64,000 nucleotides of DNA from Octopus bimaculoides (taxonomy: Eukaryota). Location of the stretch: contig NC_068982.1 of NCBI RefSeq assembly GCF_001194135.2, positions 170,918,211 through 170,982,210 on the forward strand, given 5' to 3'. Positions 62,497-64,000 of this stretch are shown here, one piece after another (the stretch's first letter is position 1; the number at the start of each line of letters is the position of its first letter). The notes beneath the pieces were generated by a model. The model was not told the DNA's origin and made no database searches. It was given only the letters and a program-made list of their open reading frames with translations. A program made the translations under genes and the position numbers.

Positions 62497-62576
<80 letters not shown>
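62497..62576. repeat. (TCTA)n microsatellite
   Basis: Directly visible. Confidence 0.98.
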
Positions 62577-63039
62577 AAAATATATCAATCTATCTAATTA
62601 TGTGTCTTCTTTTTATTCCTGTCTCTCTTATTCTGTATGCGCATACATGCATACGCACTCATTTATTCTTTCATCTATTCATATCTGTTTCATCTAATAA
62701 ATATTTAAGCATGGAGTTCTTCAAATCATTAATTTAGATAATCAGTTTAATGAGATCGCCTTTGCAATAGCCGACATTATAAATCTCTGCTGTTAGTGAG
62801 GTCTGCCGTTTGGTGTGTTTTGCTGGCGTAAATTAATGTTTGAATATTATCAGATATGCTATACACCGTTTCTGGATAGTCTAGGTAGCTCATCCCCAAA
62901 GAGGTAACATATTTTTAATAAGGTACAATGTGGGAAATACTGTTCCTTGTTATCAGACATGAAGTATATCCTCCTTTCAATGAATTTGTTACCTCGAGGT
63001 TGATTGCAATCATTAGAGAGCTTAAAGCATTATGTATTA

Positions 63040-63417
63040 AAATGGAAATAAAGAGTGTTGCCAGTCACTCTGCTTGTAAAGCTTAGCTTCAGACCAATCC
63101 AGATTGTGAATAACTAAATCGGTCTGCAATTCCAGCGATCTACTCTGCTGTTTCATTGCATAGACTTGCGTCCGAAGTCCACCGACTTGCCTGGGTTCTT
63201 CTTTTCTTCTTTGGTACAACCATCGCCTCGTATTCCTTAAGAATGTAATTGTCTAGTTGCAGATTCGTGGTGCATGATATCATTACGGTACTGTCATCCG
63301 CATCATCCACCAGAGCTCACCCGTGTGCCTGCTCAAGAGACGAGAGAGGACCTTCAGAAAGGATTGGGCGCGCGATATAAAACGGTTGCTTCACCTGGCC
63401 ATATAATTGGTCTATCG
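63040..63417 (-). mobile_element. Probable LINE 5' end (RTE-like 5' UTR and start of endonuclease), decayed
   Basis: GC-richer block starting at the (AGT)n boundary; broken frame GGLRTQVYAMKQQSRSLELQ loosely resembles RTE APE. Confidence 0.3.
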
Positions 63418-63476
<59 letters not shown>

Positions 63477-63501
63477 CACTAATAATAATAATAATAATAA
63501 C

Positions 63502-63576
<75 letters not shown>
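63418..63576. repeat. Compound (ACT)n-(AAT)n microsatellite
   Basis: Directly visible. Confidence 0.98.
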
Positions 63577-63581
<5 letters not shown>

Positions 63582-64000
63582 CTTTAACAACATACTAGCA
63601 GAGCCAGAGACAATGCCTGAAAGGCTCACGAAAGGGAAAACCATCTTAATCCCCAAATCCACGGAAACGGAGAAACCACAAAACTATAGACCTATAACTT
63701 GTCTCCCTACGATCTACAAAGCCTTTACTGCAATAATATCGCAGAGATTAAGTAAGCACCTGGAAAATAACAACCTGTTTCCAGAAGAGCAGAAGGGATG
63801 CTGCAAGGGCTCATACGGCTGTAAAGATCAATTATTGTTCAATAAAGCCATAACTGAAGACAGCCGCAGAAAGAAGAAAGGCCTCAGTATGGCCTGGGTG
63901 GACTACCAAAAGGCTTTCGACAGTGTTCCCCACACGTGGATTCTGGAAACACTAGCCATAAACAAGGTGGCACCAATTATTATAAAATACATAAGGCACT
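63577..64000 (+). mobile_element. R4/Dong-like non-LTR element, intact RT frame running off the window
   Basis: Uninterrupted frame KNFNNILAEPETMPERLTKGKTILIPK..NYRPITCLPTIYK..EEQKGC..GCKDQLL..AWVDYQKAFDSVPHTW; absent from the ORF track because it has no stop in the window. Confidence 0.93.

Overview
AT-rich, repeat-dense animal genomic DNA from a short-read scaffold with 11 N-gaps, most flanked by microsatellites. The SINE, LINE and microsatellite content resembles octopus; this is inferred from recalled repeat families, not a database match. I can support no complete host protein-coding gene. Most ORF-track entries are microsatellite, N-gap or decayed-transposon artefacts. The window contains a near-full-length Hsmar1/cecropia-like mariner with TIRs and TA duplication, a truncated irritans-like mariner, eight R4/Dong-like non-LTR fragments (several abutting (TAA)n), RTE and CR1 fragments, Penelope-like (PLE) pieces, about 20 tRNA-derived SINEs, a probable solo LTR and a MITE. 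The most notable unexplained signal is a pair of direct repeats exactly 330 bp apart on the minus strand (15001-15430). Each copy carries a type I hammerhead ribozyme fold, and one keeps every catalytic-core nucleotide, as in a retrozyme or PLE pseudo-LTR relic. A further single-core-mutation hammerhead candidate lies at 57708-57767. Two isolated minus-strand exon candidates hint that part of the window is intronic. There is no CRISPR array, rRNA gene or intact tRNA gene.
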